Below are positions 37,301-45,773 of a DNA stretch of 58,013 nucleotides, piece by piece. Both the position numbers and the translations under genes were made by a program. Origin of the DNA: Octopus bimaculoides (lineage: Eukaryota); the NCBI RefSeq assembly GCF_001194135.2, contig NC_068982.1, positions 144,009,536-144,067,548 on the forward strand, written 5' to 3'. Every line of letters starts with the position of its first letter. Position 1 is the first letter of the stretch. The notes beneath the pieces are model-generated. The model was not told the DNA's origin and made no database searches. It saw only the letters and a program-made list of their open reading frames with translations.

Positions 37301-40300
37301 TGCTGGCATGGCTGTGCAGTTAAGAAGCTTGTTTCCCAGCTATGTGATCTTGGGTTCAGTCCCACTGTATGGCACCTTGGGCAAGTGCCTCCTACTGTCA
37401 CTTCAGGCTGACCAAAGCCTTGTGAATGGAGTTGGTTGACAGAAGCTGAAAGAAGCCTGTCATGTAGTGTGTATGTGTGTGTGTGTGTGTTTGTGTGTAA
37501 TCCTCAGGGATATTCAGCTTGATGTAGAATGTAACAAGGCTGGCCCCATGAAATATAGGTACTACTCAGTTTTACCAGCTGAGTAAATCTGAGCAACATG
37601 AAATAAAGTATCTTGCTCAAGGACACAATGTGTCAGGTCTTGAACTCACGACTTTATAATTGTGAGCCAAATGCCCTAACCAGTTAGCCATGCACCTTCA
37701 CTGTTTAATGTAAATACATCCTTGAAAGGCAAGTTACTATGGTATTTGTCCAGAATAAATATCTGAGGAAAATGAAAATCATCTCAGAAGCAGCCAGCAA
37801 AAACACTAGATGCATTTCAGCCTAGTTGGACCTTATGAATGGCATAAGGTTCCACTAGGACTTTAAAAAAATCTGTTGTACACAACACAAGGGAAAAACA
37901 AGGAGAATAACAAAAGGATCAGGTTATAAATAGAATATAGGTGAATATATGAAGTAAGAGAGGGAGCAAAAGAAACAGTAGATAATACAGGGTAGGAATG
38001 AGAGAGATAAATAGATAGAGGAAAGGATGGCAGTAATGCAAAGAGAAAGGATCAAGCAGGAATTAAACTAAGAGAAATATGAAATTTGGACCAAGTGAAA
38101 TAAGGATAGAAAGAAAGGTTGCGGGAGGATGATAAAATAAGCTAATAGAGAAGGTGGAAACATATGAGAGCCAAATGAGAATGGAACTATTGGATTGAGG
38201 AATTGGTGGTGGATGAAAGTGGAAGAAGGAAGAGTAGAGAAGTGAATGGGAAAAGAGCAATAGGAGGTGAGATAAATAAGTTGTGCAGGCTGAAGAATGA
38301 AAAGAGGATAAGGGAATGGTGAAGTATGTCATAAGGTTAGCATTTGATCATTTATTTACTAATGATGGGGGAAAATAAATGTTGAAATGATATTAATTAT
38401 AGAAGTTGAGTCAGATATATATTTAACTAGCAGAAATACCCGGCTTTGCCCGGGTTAAAGAGAATAATGAAATTTAAAAACGCCGTCTAGACTACGCAAC
38501 CCTCAACTGTTAGTAGCTACGATACCATATTTCTACATTAATAACTCTCCAATCCATGCCAGCATGGAACATAGACATTAAGTGGAATGCCAGTCTCTCA
38601 TCTAGGAGGGCCTTGAAATCAATGTTACCAACTGGGGACTATGTGTGTCGTAGTGATAATAAAAAGACCCAAAGGAGGTCTGCAACGAAATAATTTTACT
38701 CAACACTTTGCAAGTGAATCAGTGGAGGCAAANNNNNNNNNNNNNNNNNNNNNNNNNNNNNNNNNNNNNNNNNNNNNNNNNNNNNNNNNNNNNNNNNNNN
38801 NNNNNNNNNNNNNNNNNNNNNNNNNNNNNNNNNNNNNNNNNNNNNNNNNNNNNNNNNNNNNNNNNNNNNNNNNNNNNNNNNNNNNNNNNNNNNNNNNNNN
38901 NNNNNNNNNNNNNNNNNNNNNNNNNNNNNNNNNNNNNNNNNNNNNNNNNNNNNNNNNNNNNNNNNNNNNNNNNNNNNNNNNNNNNNNNNNNNNNNNNNNN
39001 NNNNNNNNNNNNNNNNNNNNNNNNNNNNNNNNNNNNNNNNNNNNNNNNNNNNNNNNNNNNNNNNNNNNNNNNNNNNNNNNNNNNNNNNNNNNNNNNNNNN
39101 NNNNNNNNNNNNNNNNNNNNNNNNNNNNNNNNNNNNNNNNNNNNNNNNNNNNNNNNNNNNNNNNNNNNNNNNNNNNNNNNNNNNNNNNNNNNNNNNNNNN
39201 NNNNNNNNNNNNNNNNNNNNNNNNNNNNNNNNNNNNNNNNNNNNNNNNNNNNNNNNNNNNNNNNNNNNNNNNNNNNNNNNNNNNNNNNNNNNNNNNNNNN
39301 NNNNNNNNNNNNNNNNNNNNNNNNNNNNNNNNNNNNNNNNNNNNNNNNNNNNNNNNNNNNNNNNNNNNNNNNNNNNNNNNNNNNNNNNNNNNNNNNNNNN
39401 NNNNNNNNNNNNNNNNNNNNNNNNNNNNNNNNNNNNNNNNNNNNNNNNNNNNNNNNNNNNNNNNNNNNNNNNNNNNNNNNNNNNNNNNNNNNNNNNNNNN
39501 NNNNNNNNNNNNNNNNNNNNNNNNNNNNNNNNNNNNNNNNNNNNNNNNNNNNNNNNNNNNNNNNAAGGCATCTGTAAAATTTGAATGAAATTGGTTGTGT
39601 AGTTCTCGAGTTTTAGGGATTCACACAGACAGACAGACAGACAGACAGACACACACACACACACACACACACATTCTCATTTTTATATATATAGATTACC
39701 AAAACAATTTAGGGCACTTGAAATGATGAATTATTAAAATTATGTAGAATAATTGAAATAAGGTTATTCAATTTAAAATACAACATGTAAGTTATGTTTT
39801 AAGATGAGTGATGGTGAGAGTGGGAGTAGGAAAGAAGAGAAGAAAGGATGAAAGGCAGAGGAGTAAAAAAGCAGTGTAAATTGAAGAGAGGAGGGTAGGA
39901 GATGGATGGCTAATGCATCAGGTCATCTGTTGGCCACATGCTTATAAAGAATGGAAAGTAGTGGGAAAAAATTTTGAAAGAATATTTTTCCTCAGCAAAA
40001 GATATATAACTAAAGCAGTGAAAACCATAAAATGATAAGAAAATAATTAAAATAAATAATGATGATGACAACAATGATGGTAACCATTATAATCATCATC
40101 ATCATCGTTTAACGTCCGCCTTCCATGCTAGCATGAGTTGGACGATTTGACTGAGAACTGGTGAACCAGATGGCTACACCAGGCTTCAATCTGATTTGGC
40201 AGAGTTTCTACAGCTGGATGCCCTTCCTAACACCAACCACTCTGAGAGTGTAGTGGGTGATTTTACGTGCCACCAGCACGAAGGCCAGTCAGGCAGTACT

Positions 40301-43300
40301 GGCAATGGCCACGCTCAAGATAGTGTATTTTACGTGCCACCTGCACAGGAGCCAGTCCAGAGGCACTGGCAACGACCTCGCTCGAGTGTCTTTTCATGTG
40401 CCATCAGCACAAGTGCCAGTAAGGCGATGCTGGTAACAATCCCACTCAAATGGTGCTATTTACGTGCCACTGGCATGGAAGCCACTGCTCTGGCAATGAT
40501 CACGCTCGGACGGTGCTCTTATCACAACATTTATTTTTCTATCTTTCTTTTTCATGTGCCACCTGATTTGTGAGGTCCACACTTTATCAATTTCAGTTGT
40601 TTAAACTTAAGCTTAACCTACAATGTCTTTTACCCACTTTCTCTTTCTCTCTTTTTCTCTCGCAAACCAGACTATTCACTCCCGAGTATTTTCAAAAGCC
40701 AAGCGGAACACCAACCGCACCCTGTAAAAGGTGGAGTCATTGTTAACAGCTTTTTTGTTTATAACTGGTAAGTTCATGCTGTATCTTTTACATGTCATTT
40801 AACCAATGAGGTAGCCTTAAAAGGATTACTTAATGTGCTAGAAACACCAGCAAAAGGTATTTTTCATAAGGCATGAGTTCAAATCTATTATAGAAGATTT
40901 ATTGTATTTCTAGATAGAGCACTTTGTTCTACTACTAGCTGTTGAGGATAGGTACCAAAATCATCTGGTAATGTTACCTGTAGTAAACCAGAGTTTGCTT
41001 CAGAGGACATGTATCTCTCATTATCAGCACCATTCCTTAAAAGCCTTCTCAGGACTTTGAAGGTATTTATTTTTTGTATATTTTTGATAACTGAGTACCA
41101 CAAGATGCTGGAGTTTGTGTGCAAGAAACATTGGCTCTGCATGTTTTACTGTTCTGTATTTGAGTCACTGAAAATTTTTCCACAACACCAACAATTAGGA
41201 GGAGAGGGTGCATGTCAATTACATTGACCCCAGTACTTGACTGGTACTTTATTTTATCGACTCCTAAAGGATGAAAAGAAAATTTGGTTTCCACAAGACT
41301 TGAACCCAGAATGTAAAGAGCCATAAGAAACACTAGCAAGCATTTTGTCTGGCACACTAATGACTCTGCCAAGTCACTGACATTGATTTCTATCTTGTAA
41401 TACAATGATACAAAATTCTGAACAGGAAACAGTTGGTTAAATCAACCCCTGTACCTTATTGATTTTCCCTTTTATTTATTTATATGGATTAGTCTTCTTA
41501 TTTTCTCAGCCTCAGAAGAATAGATTGAAGTTGATCCCAGCAAGATTTTACCTCAATGCACTTCTCTAGAATTCTACCTCTTCTGCCACTCCCTGCTCTT
41601 TTTGAGATTCAGATATTGCTCATTTATTAAAATATCCTTGGTATTTTCCCCCCACAAGAAATACTGGGCAATTCTTTTAATATTTGTAATGTTTTGTTTG
41701 ACAGTCTTCATGATAGCAACGTTGCATCTGCTTGGAGTCAACAAACCAGCCATCTTCAATGTCACTGGACATGTCCAAAGTGTGAGAGGAAGTTTATTGT
41801 AAGCGTAATTGAACGACTGCAACATGAAAGTACTTGTGAATTTGCTGAATCTTCAAGAGGTTAGTTGCTTATTGAATCTAAAGTTCATTTGTCTAAGATC
41901 ACCTTGTCTCAAAGGTGGCTCAGGTGACTGCCCAATAATATAAACTGACTTTCACTCATGACTCTCCAAACACTATCCTATTACCAAGCTGTATCCCCTC
42001 TCTTTCATAATGATCCCTAAACTACCAATATACATTGTCAAGCACCCCAAAACCCTGTAAAAATTGTTTTTCTGCAGAACAGAACTTGGCCCTCTATCTC
42101 TGTTCATGTTTTCCCTATCATCATCATCATCATTAAGGTCCATTGTCCATGCTGGCATGCATTGCATGGTTTGATCAGGGCTAGTAAGTTGAGGTGCTGC
42201 ACCAGACTCCTGCATCAAACAGTTTGAAGTCCTTTGTTGCCAGCAGAGGTAGGAATTTGCTGCACTTTGCCCAGCCTATTCTTATTCTTGCAGCTATGCT
42301 GTTGGAGCATCCACCTCCGCTACTAACTTGGTCACCTTGATAACAGAAGCTATCTACTACCTCTAGCTTAACCCTGCTGGTAGTTGATGGAGTCTATTTT
42401 CTGTACATTTTTAGTGTTTATTGTACTTGTTCACCTTCTACACAGAAAAACTATTTTCCCTGTTAACCTTCCTTTGATATTGCTGCACCTCTTATGTGTC
42501 CATAGCTTACACTGGGTACATCTTATGGAGTTTCTACCTATGCCTTTTCTACAGATTGAGCAGGGCCATCTACCTGAAAGGATTTGTGATTTGTTTGCTC
42601 TCCTACTTACAAAGACTTTGGTTTTTACTAGATTAACTTTAAGGTCCTTTGATTCTACATCTTGCTTTCACACCTGAAATTTCTTCTATAGTTCTGGTAG
42701 TGATTCAGCTATAAGAACTGGGTTATGAGCATAGAGAAGCTCCCAGGGACAGCCTGTCTTAAATTCCTCTGTTACTCCCTGGAGGACTATGATGAACAAG
42801 AAGAGGCTGAGGATTGATCCTTAGTGAACCCCTACTTATACTCTGAATTCTTTGCTATACTTGTTGCTAATCTTCACTTTACTGACAGCATCCCTGTACA
42901 TGGCTTGTACAGCTCTCACCAACCACTCATCTATCCCTAGCTTCTGCATTGACCACCATTCAACCATTATCTTGCAACAAATTTAAGTAAACATTAAACA
43001 CATTTATTTCATTCAGTTTTCTTCTCCTTTATGTTTAGGAGAACTTGAAAAATTTCAGTAAAATTCAGTGGCAGTCATCATCCTCCTTTTTTCCTCTATG
43101 CTGGTACTTCTCAAGCAACAAGAAAATAATGAATTAACAAGCTTCCCAAGTGGTCTAGTGGTTAGGATTCCGCGCTCTCACCGCAGCGGCCGGGGTTCGT
43201 TTCCCCGCTTGGGAAAAGCTTCTTCTTTGGCACGTGTAAAGACATTCGAGCGAGATCATTGCCAGTGCCACTGGACTGGCTCCTGTGCAGGTGGCACGTA

Positions 43301-43884
43301 AAATACACCATTTCGAGTGTGGCCATTGCCAGTACTGCCTGACTGGCCTTCGTGCCAGTGGCACGTAAAAGCACCCACTACACTCTCGGAGTGGTTGGCA
43401 TTAGGAAGGGCATCCAGCTGTAGAAACTCTGCCAAATCAGATTGGAGCCTGGTGTAGCCATCTGGTTCACCAGTCCTCAGTCAAATCGTCCAACTCATGC
43501 TAGCATGGAAAGCAGACGTTAAACGATGATTATGAGGATGAACAAGAAGAACCAGGCCTTGTTGCAAAATTATTTATTGTTAAAACTTAACAATATTTTT
43601 ATTACAAGACTTCAATCATCTTGTTACGTATATAGACTTTATTAATCACACTTGAACATCGAATATTCAAAAAATTTCTTTCCTAAAATAAGAAAACATT
43701 CTATAGTCAAATGCAATTCCATTTTCTTTCAGATAATGATAACAATGATGATGATGATGAAAATGTAAGTCATAAAAATCCTTTGAAGCAGAAGTTCGAA
43801 TGTAGTGACTGTGGGAAAACCTTTCAGTTCACTGCCACAGAAATTCTGAAGCATAAAAGACTTCACTGTGTTGGAGCAGAATAA
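124..43884 (+). CDS. DHX34: DEAH-box ATP-dependent RNA helicase DHX34 (NMD factor), 28 coding exons in window, 5' end missing
   Basis: Manual splicing of 28 GT-AG exons with consistent phases gives 3259 nt in one frame ending in TAA. Motifs: GDTGCGKST (I), TQPRRIA (Ia), DEVH (II), SAT (III), LIFLSG (IV), STNISETS (V), QRKGRAGR (VI), [21 protein letters not shown] and C-terminal CSDC..H..H. Order and flanks match recalled human DHX34 (e.g. LHYLDF-QKQ, WTCPHC, FTPTEVLRH). Confidence 0.97.
474..600 (+). repeat. degenerate telomere-like (CCCTAA)n array
   Basis: aaccctaa / aaccttaa / aatcctaa hexamer variants in tandem. Confidence 0.7.
829..1205 (+). mobile_element. full-length tRNA-derived SINE ('head2+tail2') with (CAA)n tail and 11-bp TSD
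   Basis: tRNA-like head with A/B boxes (GCAATGGTTAGGG / GGTTTCGATTCC); perfect TSD ACTTTTTGTTC at 818-828 and 1206-1216. Confidence 0.9.
2947..3072 (+). CDS. DHX34: DHX34 exon w2 ([41 protein letters not shown])
   Basis: ttacag|...ag|gtaaat; YKKSYKINL resembles human YDPRYRINL. Confidence 0.85.
3668..3759 (+). CDS. DHX34: DHX34 exon w3 (..[17 protein letters not shown])
   Basis: ttttag|...|gtaagt; LHYLDF-QKQ conserved. Confidence 0.93.
5085..5222 (+). CDS. DHX34: DHX34 exon w4, Walker A (..[20 protein letters not shown])
   Basis: ttag|...cag|gtgagt; 46 codons. Confidence 0.97.
5945..6130 (+). repeat. dispersed repeat family D (retroposon 3' part ending ggctaaacaacaac); copies ~2080-2342, 2670-2880, 24320-24500 +, 33640-33815, 52030-52210 -
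   Basis: Recurring cacttgacctgctagaaatagcagccaaatc..tcttaaaa..gatggtcatggctggaatgcctttgatc consensus. Confidence 0.65.
6221..6355 (+). CDS. DHX34: DHX34 exon w5, motif Ia ([25 protein letters not shown])
   Basis: ttgtag|...cag|gtaatt; 45 codons. Confidence 0.97.
6550..6604 (+). CDS. DHX34: DHX34 exon w6 ([19 protein letters not shown])
   Basis: ttacag|...ag|gtaagt. Confidence 0.96.
7240..7546 (-). mobile_element. tRNA-derived SINE ('head2+tail1'), directly downstream on - of a second SINE at ~7546-7680
   Basis: First ~190 nt match the 829 copy, then switch to a 3' tail shared with the adjacent copy and with 10925-11150. Confidence 0.75.
8427..8494 (+). CDS. DHX34: DHX34 exon w7 ([15 protein letters not shown])
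   Basis: ttatag|...gag|gtgagt; first half of DEVH. Confidence 0.96.
10415..10564 (+). CDS. DHX34: DHX34 exon w8 ([25 protein letters not shown])
   Basis: ttgtag|...aag|gtaata; motifs II/III. Confidence 0.97.
12730..12855 (+). CDS. DHX34: DHX34 exon w9 ([24 protein letters not shown])
   Basis: actag|...aag|gtagaa; 42 codons. Confidence 0.95.
13339..13494 (+). CDS. DHX34: DHX34 exon w10, motif IV ([29 protein letters not shown])
   Basis: ttacag|...|gtaagt; 52 codons. Confidence 0.97.
14114..14221 (+). CDS. DHX34: DHX34 exon w11, motif V ([36 protein letters not shown])
   Basis: tccag|...|gtaagg; 36 codons. Confidence 0.96.
14558..14846. mobile_element. possible hAT/Charlie-type MITE
   Basis: Ends CAGTACTACTCAAAGT and AGAGAAACACTG resemble CAGTG..TCAAA-type TIRs; no 8-bp TSD seen. 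Confidence 0.4.
15026..15122 (+). CDS. DHX34: DHX34 exon w12, motif VI ([24 protein letters not shown])
   Basis: ttttag|...ag|gtctgg (weak donor); phase joins w13. Confidence 0.95.
16129..16276 (+). CDS. DHX34: DHX34 exon w13 ([29 protein letters not shown])
   Basis: ttgtag|...ag|gtaaat. Confidence 0.97.
16329..16520. repeat. compound trinucleotide microsatellite (GTT)n-(GTC)n-(GCT)-(ATC)n-(ATT)n with a 10-N gap
   Basis: Directly visible. Confidence 0.95.
17611..17677 (+). CDS. DHX34: DHX34 exon w14 ([23 protein letters not shown])
   Basis: ttccag|...cag|gtaatt. Confidence 0.96.
18902..19009 (+). CDS. DHX34: DHX34 exon w15, HA2 ([36 protein letters not shown])
   Basis: atacag|...cat|gtaggt. 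Confidence 0.96.
19046..19940 (+). mobile_element. non-autonomous Helitron
   Basis: 5' TC(TATACTATAAA), (GATT)n near the 5' end, hairpin CCCG-AGTGAAAC-CGGG (19913-19928), 3' CTAG, A|T target; internal gap. Confidence 0.8.
20840..20926 (+). CDS. DHX34: DHX34 exon w16 ([29 protein letters not shown])
   Basis: ttttag|...gaa|gtaggt. Confidence 0.94.
22930..23004 (+). CDS. DHX34: DHX34 exon w17 ([25 protein letters not shown])
   Basis: gaaag|...cag|gtattg. Confidence 0.95.
24022..24233. mobile_element. Tc1/mariner-type MITE with internal 85-bp tandem duplication
   Basis: ~29-bp TIRs CAGGGTGTC(T/C)ACAAAGTCTGG(G/C)TACATGG; TA on both sides (24020-24021, 24234-24235). Confidence 0.9.
24793..24903 (+). 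CDS. DHX34: DHX34 exon w18 ([37 protein letters not shown])
   Basis: attag|...aag|gttgat. Confidence 0.94.
26645..26960 (-). mobile_element. tRNA-derived SINE ('head1+tail2'); similar copy ~37500-37700
   Basis: Head matches 10925-11150 (ttgctccag..ctggcaaaaa); body matches the 3' half of the 829 copy. Confidence 0.7.
27679..27828 (+). CDS. DHX34: DHX34 exon w19 ([14 protein letters not shown])
   Basis: actag|...gag|gtgagt; 50 codons. Confidence 0.93.
29200..29301 (+). CDS. DHX34: DHX34 exon w20 ([23 protein letters not shown])
   Basis: tcacag|...cag|gtaaat; 34 codons. Confidence 0.93.
29553..29783 (-). mobile_element. SINE family B (tRNA-like head ggcgagctggcagaa..); other copies ~3897-4103 -, 15293-15518 +, 21100-21280 +, 23545-23760 +, 41200-41370 -
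   Basis: Shared gttctgagttcaaattcc..gtcgactttgcctttcatccttt..ggggtc consensus. Confidence 0.8.
31396..31850 (+). mobile_element. composite SINE family A (tRNA-like head, internal (TA)n/(TG)n, AAAAGAGT tail); other copies ~1355-1753 +, 18218-18643 +, 27055-27581 -, 28300-28683 +, many partial
   Basis: Shared core ggcaagtgtcttctactatagcc..caaagccttgtgagtggatttggtagacggaaactgaaagaagcc and 3' ccagcatggccgcagtcaaatgactgaaac in many copies. Confidence 0.85.
32111..32257 (+). CDS. DHX34: DHX34 exon w21 (..[23 protein letters not shown])
   Basis: ttacag|...|gtaagt; 49 codons. Confidence 0.95.
33186..33425 (+). repeat. degenerate ~48-bp tandem array overlapping the 3' splice site of exon w22
   Basis: Units start at 33186, 33240, 33289, 33337, 33384 (ag(a/g)gtgta..tttcagaataaaa..ctcctatgataa). 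Confidence 0.8.
33409..33548 (+). CDS. DHX34: DHX34 exon w22 ([22 protein letters not shown])
   Basis: tttcag|...gt|gtaagt; length to LHPT matches human. Confidence 0.93.
34371..34481 (+). CDS. DHX34: DHX34 exon w23 ([25 protein letters not shown]..)
   Basis: aatcag|...ag|gtaagt; LETNKPYL conserved. Confidence 0.95.
34705..34927. repeat. long imperfect inverted repeat (~97-bp arms, 28-nt loop)
   Basis: 34705-34801 is the reverse complement of 34830-34927 at roughly 85% identity by eye. Confidence 0.9.
35451..35572 (+). CDS. DHX34: DHX34 exon w24 ([25 protein letters not shown])
   Basis: tcacag|...ag|gtgagt. Confidence 0.94.
35818..36312 (-). mobile_element. 5'-truncated RTE LINE (last ~26 codons plus 3' UTR and (GAT)n tail); >20 similar 3' fragments in the window, e.g. 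21465-21908 +, 22384-22638 -, 32620-32840 -, 34993-35190 -, 40092-40565 -, 43227-43540 +
   Basis: Minus strand reads [27 protein letters not shown], matching the ORF end at 45207; conserved 3' ccaacccatgctagcatggaaa..gttaaacgatgatgat. Confidence 0.9.
36501..36650 (+). CDS. DHX34: DHX34 exon w25 ([33 protein letters not shown]..)
   Basis: tttcag|...ag|gtaaca; phases consistent. Confidence 0.92.
38427..39695 (-). mobile_element. non-autonomous Helitron
   Basis: On - strand: 5' TC(TATATATATAAAA), (TG)n/(TCTG)n, hairpin CCCGG-GCAAAG-CCGGG, 3' CTAG, A|T target; mostly N gap. Confidence 0.75.
40671..40767 (+). CDS. DHX34: DHX34 exon w26 (..[19 protein letters not shown])
   Basis: long pyrimidine tract, accag|...tg|gtaagt; resembles human PHPTKGG..YNC. 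Confidence 0.94.
41705..41859 (+). CDS. DHX34: DHX34 exon w27, first C-terminal Zn finger ([15 protein letters not shown])
   Basis: tgacag|...ag|gttagt; resembles human WTCPHC..ERIAHENTC. Confidence 0.93.
42120..42958 (-). mobile_element. degraded, internally deleted RTE LINE (RT core, PHD-like finger, short 3' tail)
   Basis: Minus strand: [39 protein letters not shown] (YADD decayed)..[20 protein letters not shown]. Confidence 0.88.
43144..43215 (+). tRNA. tRNA-Glu (anticodon CTC at 43177-43179), intronic; possibly pseudogene
   Basis: 72-nt cloverleaf: acceptor TCCCAAG/CTTGGGA, T-stem CGGGG/CCCCG, intact A box TGGTCTAGTGG. One C:A mismatch in the anticodon stem and a T-loop TTCGTTT (A58>T). 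Close to metazoan tRNA-Glu-CTC. Confidence 0.75.
43733..43884 (+). CDS. DHX34: DHX34 terminal exon w28, C2H2 finger ([29 protein letters not shown])
   Basis: tttcag|..., stop TAA at 43882-43884. Confidence 0.95.
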
Positions 43885-43926
43885 CAAATGCAAATTGTCA
43901 AACAGAAATCCTTTTTATTTTCAAGA

Positions 43927-43932
43927 AATAAA
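43927..43932 (+). promoter_or_regulatory. candidate polyadenylation signal AATAAA of DHX34
   Basis: AATAAA 43 nt after the stop codon, followed by T-rich sequence. Confidence 0.5.
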
Positions 43933-44501
43933 TTATTGATTTTCCATTTTTTAAAATTAATTGTACTTCTCATCATTTTATAATAATTTTTTACTATACA
44001 ATTATACAGCTCATATGATGTGTGTGTGTGTTTGTGCCCATTATTCATATGAAGACTGCTCTGGTTTACATCCATCTATCCATCATGAAAGAGATGTCAT
44101 TTATGTGTGGGTTAGCTAAAGGAAAATCTGCATGAACAAATTTTGTACAGCCTCTGCAATCATGGAAAAGTGAACATTATGGTGATTGTGGTGACGGTGG
44201 CAGTGGACAACAAGCTTCAACATGATTTTTATTTACCAAATTTCACTCACAATGCATTAGTCAAACTAAGGCTTTGAAGAAGACACTTGCCCAGTGATGC
44301 GTTGTAAAATCAAACTCAAATCTATGTGTTTGTGAAGCAAAATTCTTAATCACATCACTCTAGTTTATCTGCATTCACCATTTCAAACCCAATGCACAAT
44401 TACAGGACTAATGAACCCAGTGTGTATGTGTAAAATTTTCAGTCCAATGCACATGGGCAAGGATTTCAAGCACAGTGTGCATGTTCAATATTTCAAAGAA
44501 T

Positions 44502-45773
44502 GCAATATCAAAGGAAGGCTAACTGGGAAGATAGTTTTTTGTGTGTGGCTGATGCTTAGGAGCAATAAACACTGAAAATGTGCAGAGAACAACTTCTGCC
44601 ACATTCCAGGGAGAAAAACTAGAAGTAGTTGACAGCTTCCGTTACCTAGGTGACCAAGTCAGTAGCAGGGGTGGGTGCACAGAAAGTGTAGCTGCTAGAA
44701 TAAGAATAGCCTGGGCAAAGTTTAGAGAGCTCTTACCTCTGCTGGTGACAAAGGGCCTCTCACTCAGAGTAACAGGTAGACTGTATGATGCATGTGTACG
44801 AACAGCCATGCTACATGGTAGTGAAACATGGGCCGTGACTGCTGAAGACATGCGTAAGCTTGCAAGGAATGAAACCAGTATGCTCCGCTGGATGTGTAAT
44901 GTCAGTGTGCAATATCGACAGTGTATGTACCTTGAGAGAAAAGTTGGACCTAAGAAGCATCAGATGTGATGTGCAAGAGAGACGACTGCACTGGTATGGT
45001 CATGTGGTGAGAATGGATGAGGATAGCTGTGTGAAAAAGTGCCACATCCTTGCGGTTGAGGGAACCTGTGTAAGAGGTAGACCCAGGAAGACCTGGGCTG
45101 AGGTGGTGAAGCATGACCTTCGAACATTAGGCCTCACCGAGGTAATGACTAATGACCGAGACCTTTGGAAATATGCTGTGCTTGAGAAGACCCGGCAAGC
45201 CAAGTGAGACAATAACCCGTGGCCTATGCCAGGGGTGAAACCAGCCCACTTATGCGTACCTTTCCTTCACTGGACACTAAACTCTGCTTGTGAAGACCTG
45301 TTGAGGCAAGTGAAATCAAAATCAAATTCAATGACTGGTACCTGTGCCGGTGGAGCACTAAGAGCACCATCTGAGCATGATCGTTGTCAGAGCAGCTGAC
45401 CAGCTTCCGTGCCAGTGGCACGTAAAAAGCACCATTTGTGTGTGATCGTTACCAGCGTTGCCTTACTGGCAATTGTGAAAAAATATTTGCCAGTTGCCAG
45501 CGCCGCTGGACTGGCTCCTGTGCAGGTGGCACGTAAAAGACACCATTTGAGCGTGGCCATTGCCAGTACTGCCTGACTGGCTCTCATGCCAGTAGCACGT
45601 GAAAGTACCCACTACACTCTCGGAGTGGTTGGCGTTAGGAAGGGCATCCAGCTGTAGTAACTCTGCCAGATCAGATTGGAGCCTGGTGCAGCCATCTGGT
45701 TTGCCAGTCCTCAGTCAAATCGTCCAACCCATGCTAGCATGGAAAGTGGACGTTAAACGATGATGATGATGAT
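44502..45773 (+). mobile_element. 5'-truncated RTE LINE (RT C-terminus, frameshifted, complete 3' UTR)
   Basis: [34 protein letters not shown]..(frameshift ~44915)..RRLHWYGHVVRM..RGRPRKTW..EKTRQAK* at 45207; (GAT)n tail. Confidence 0.93.
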
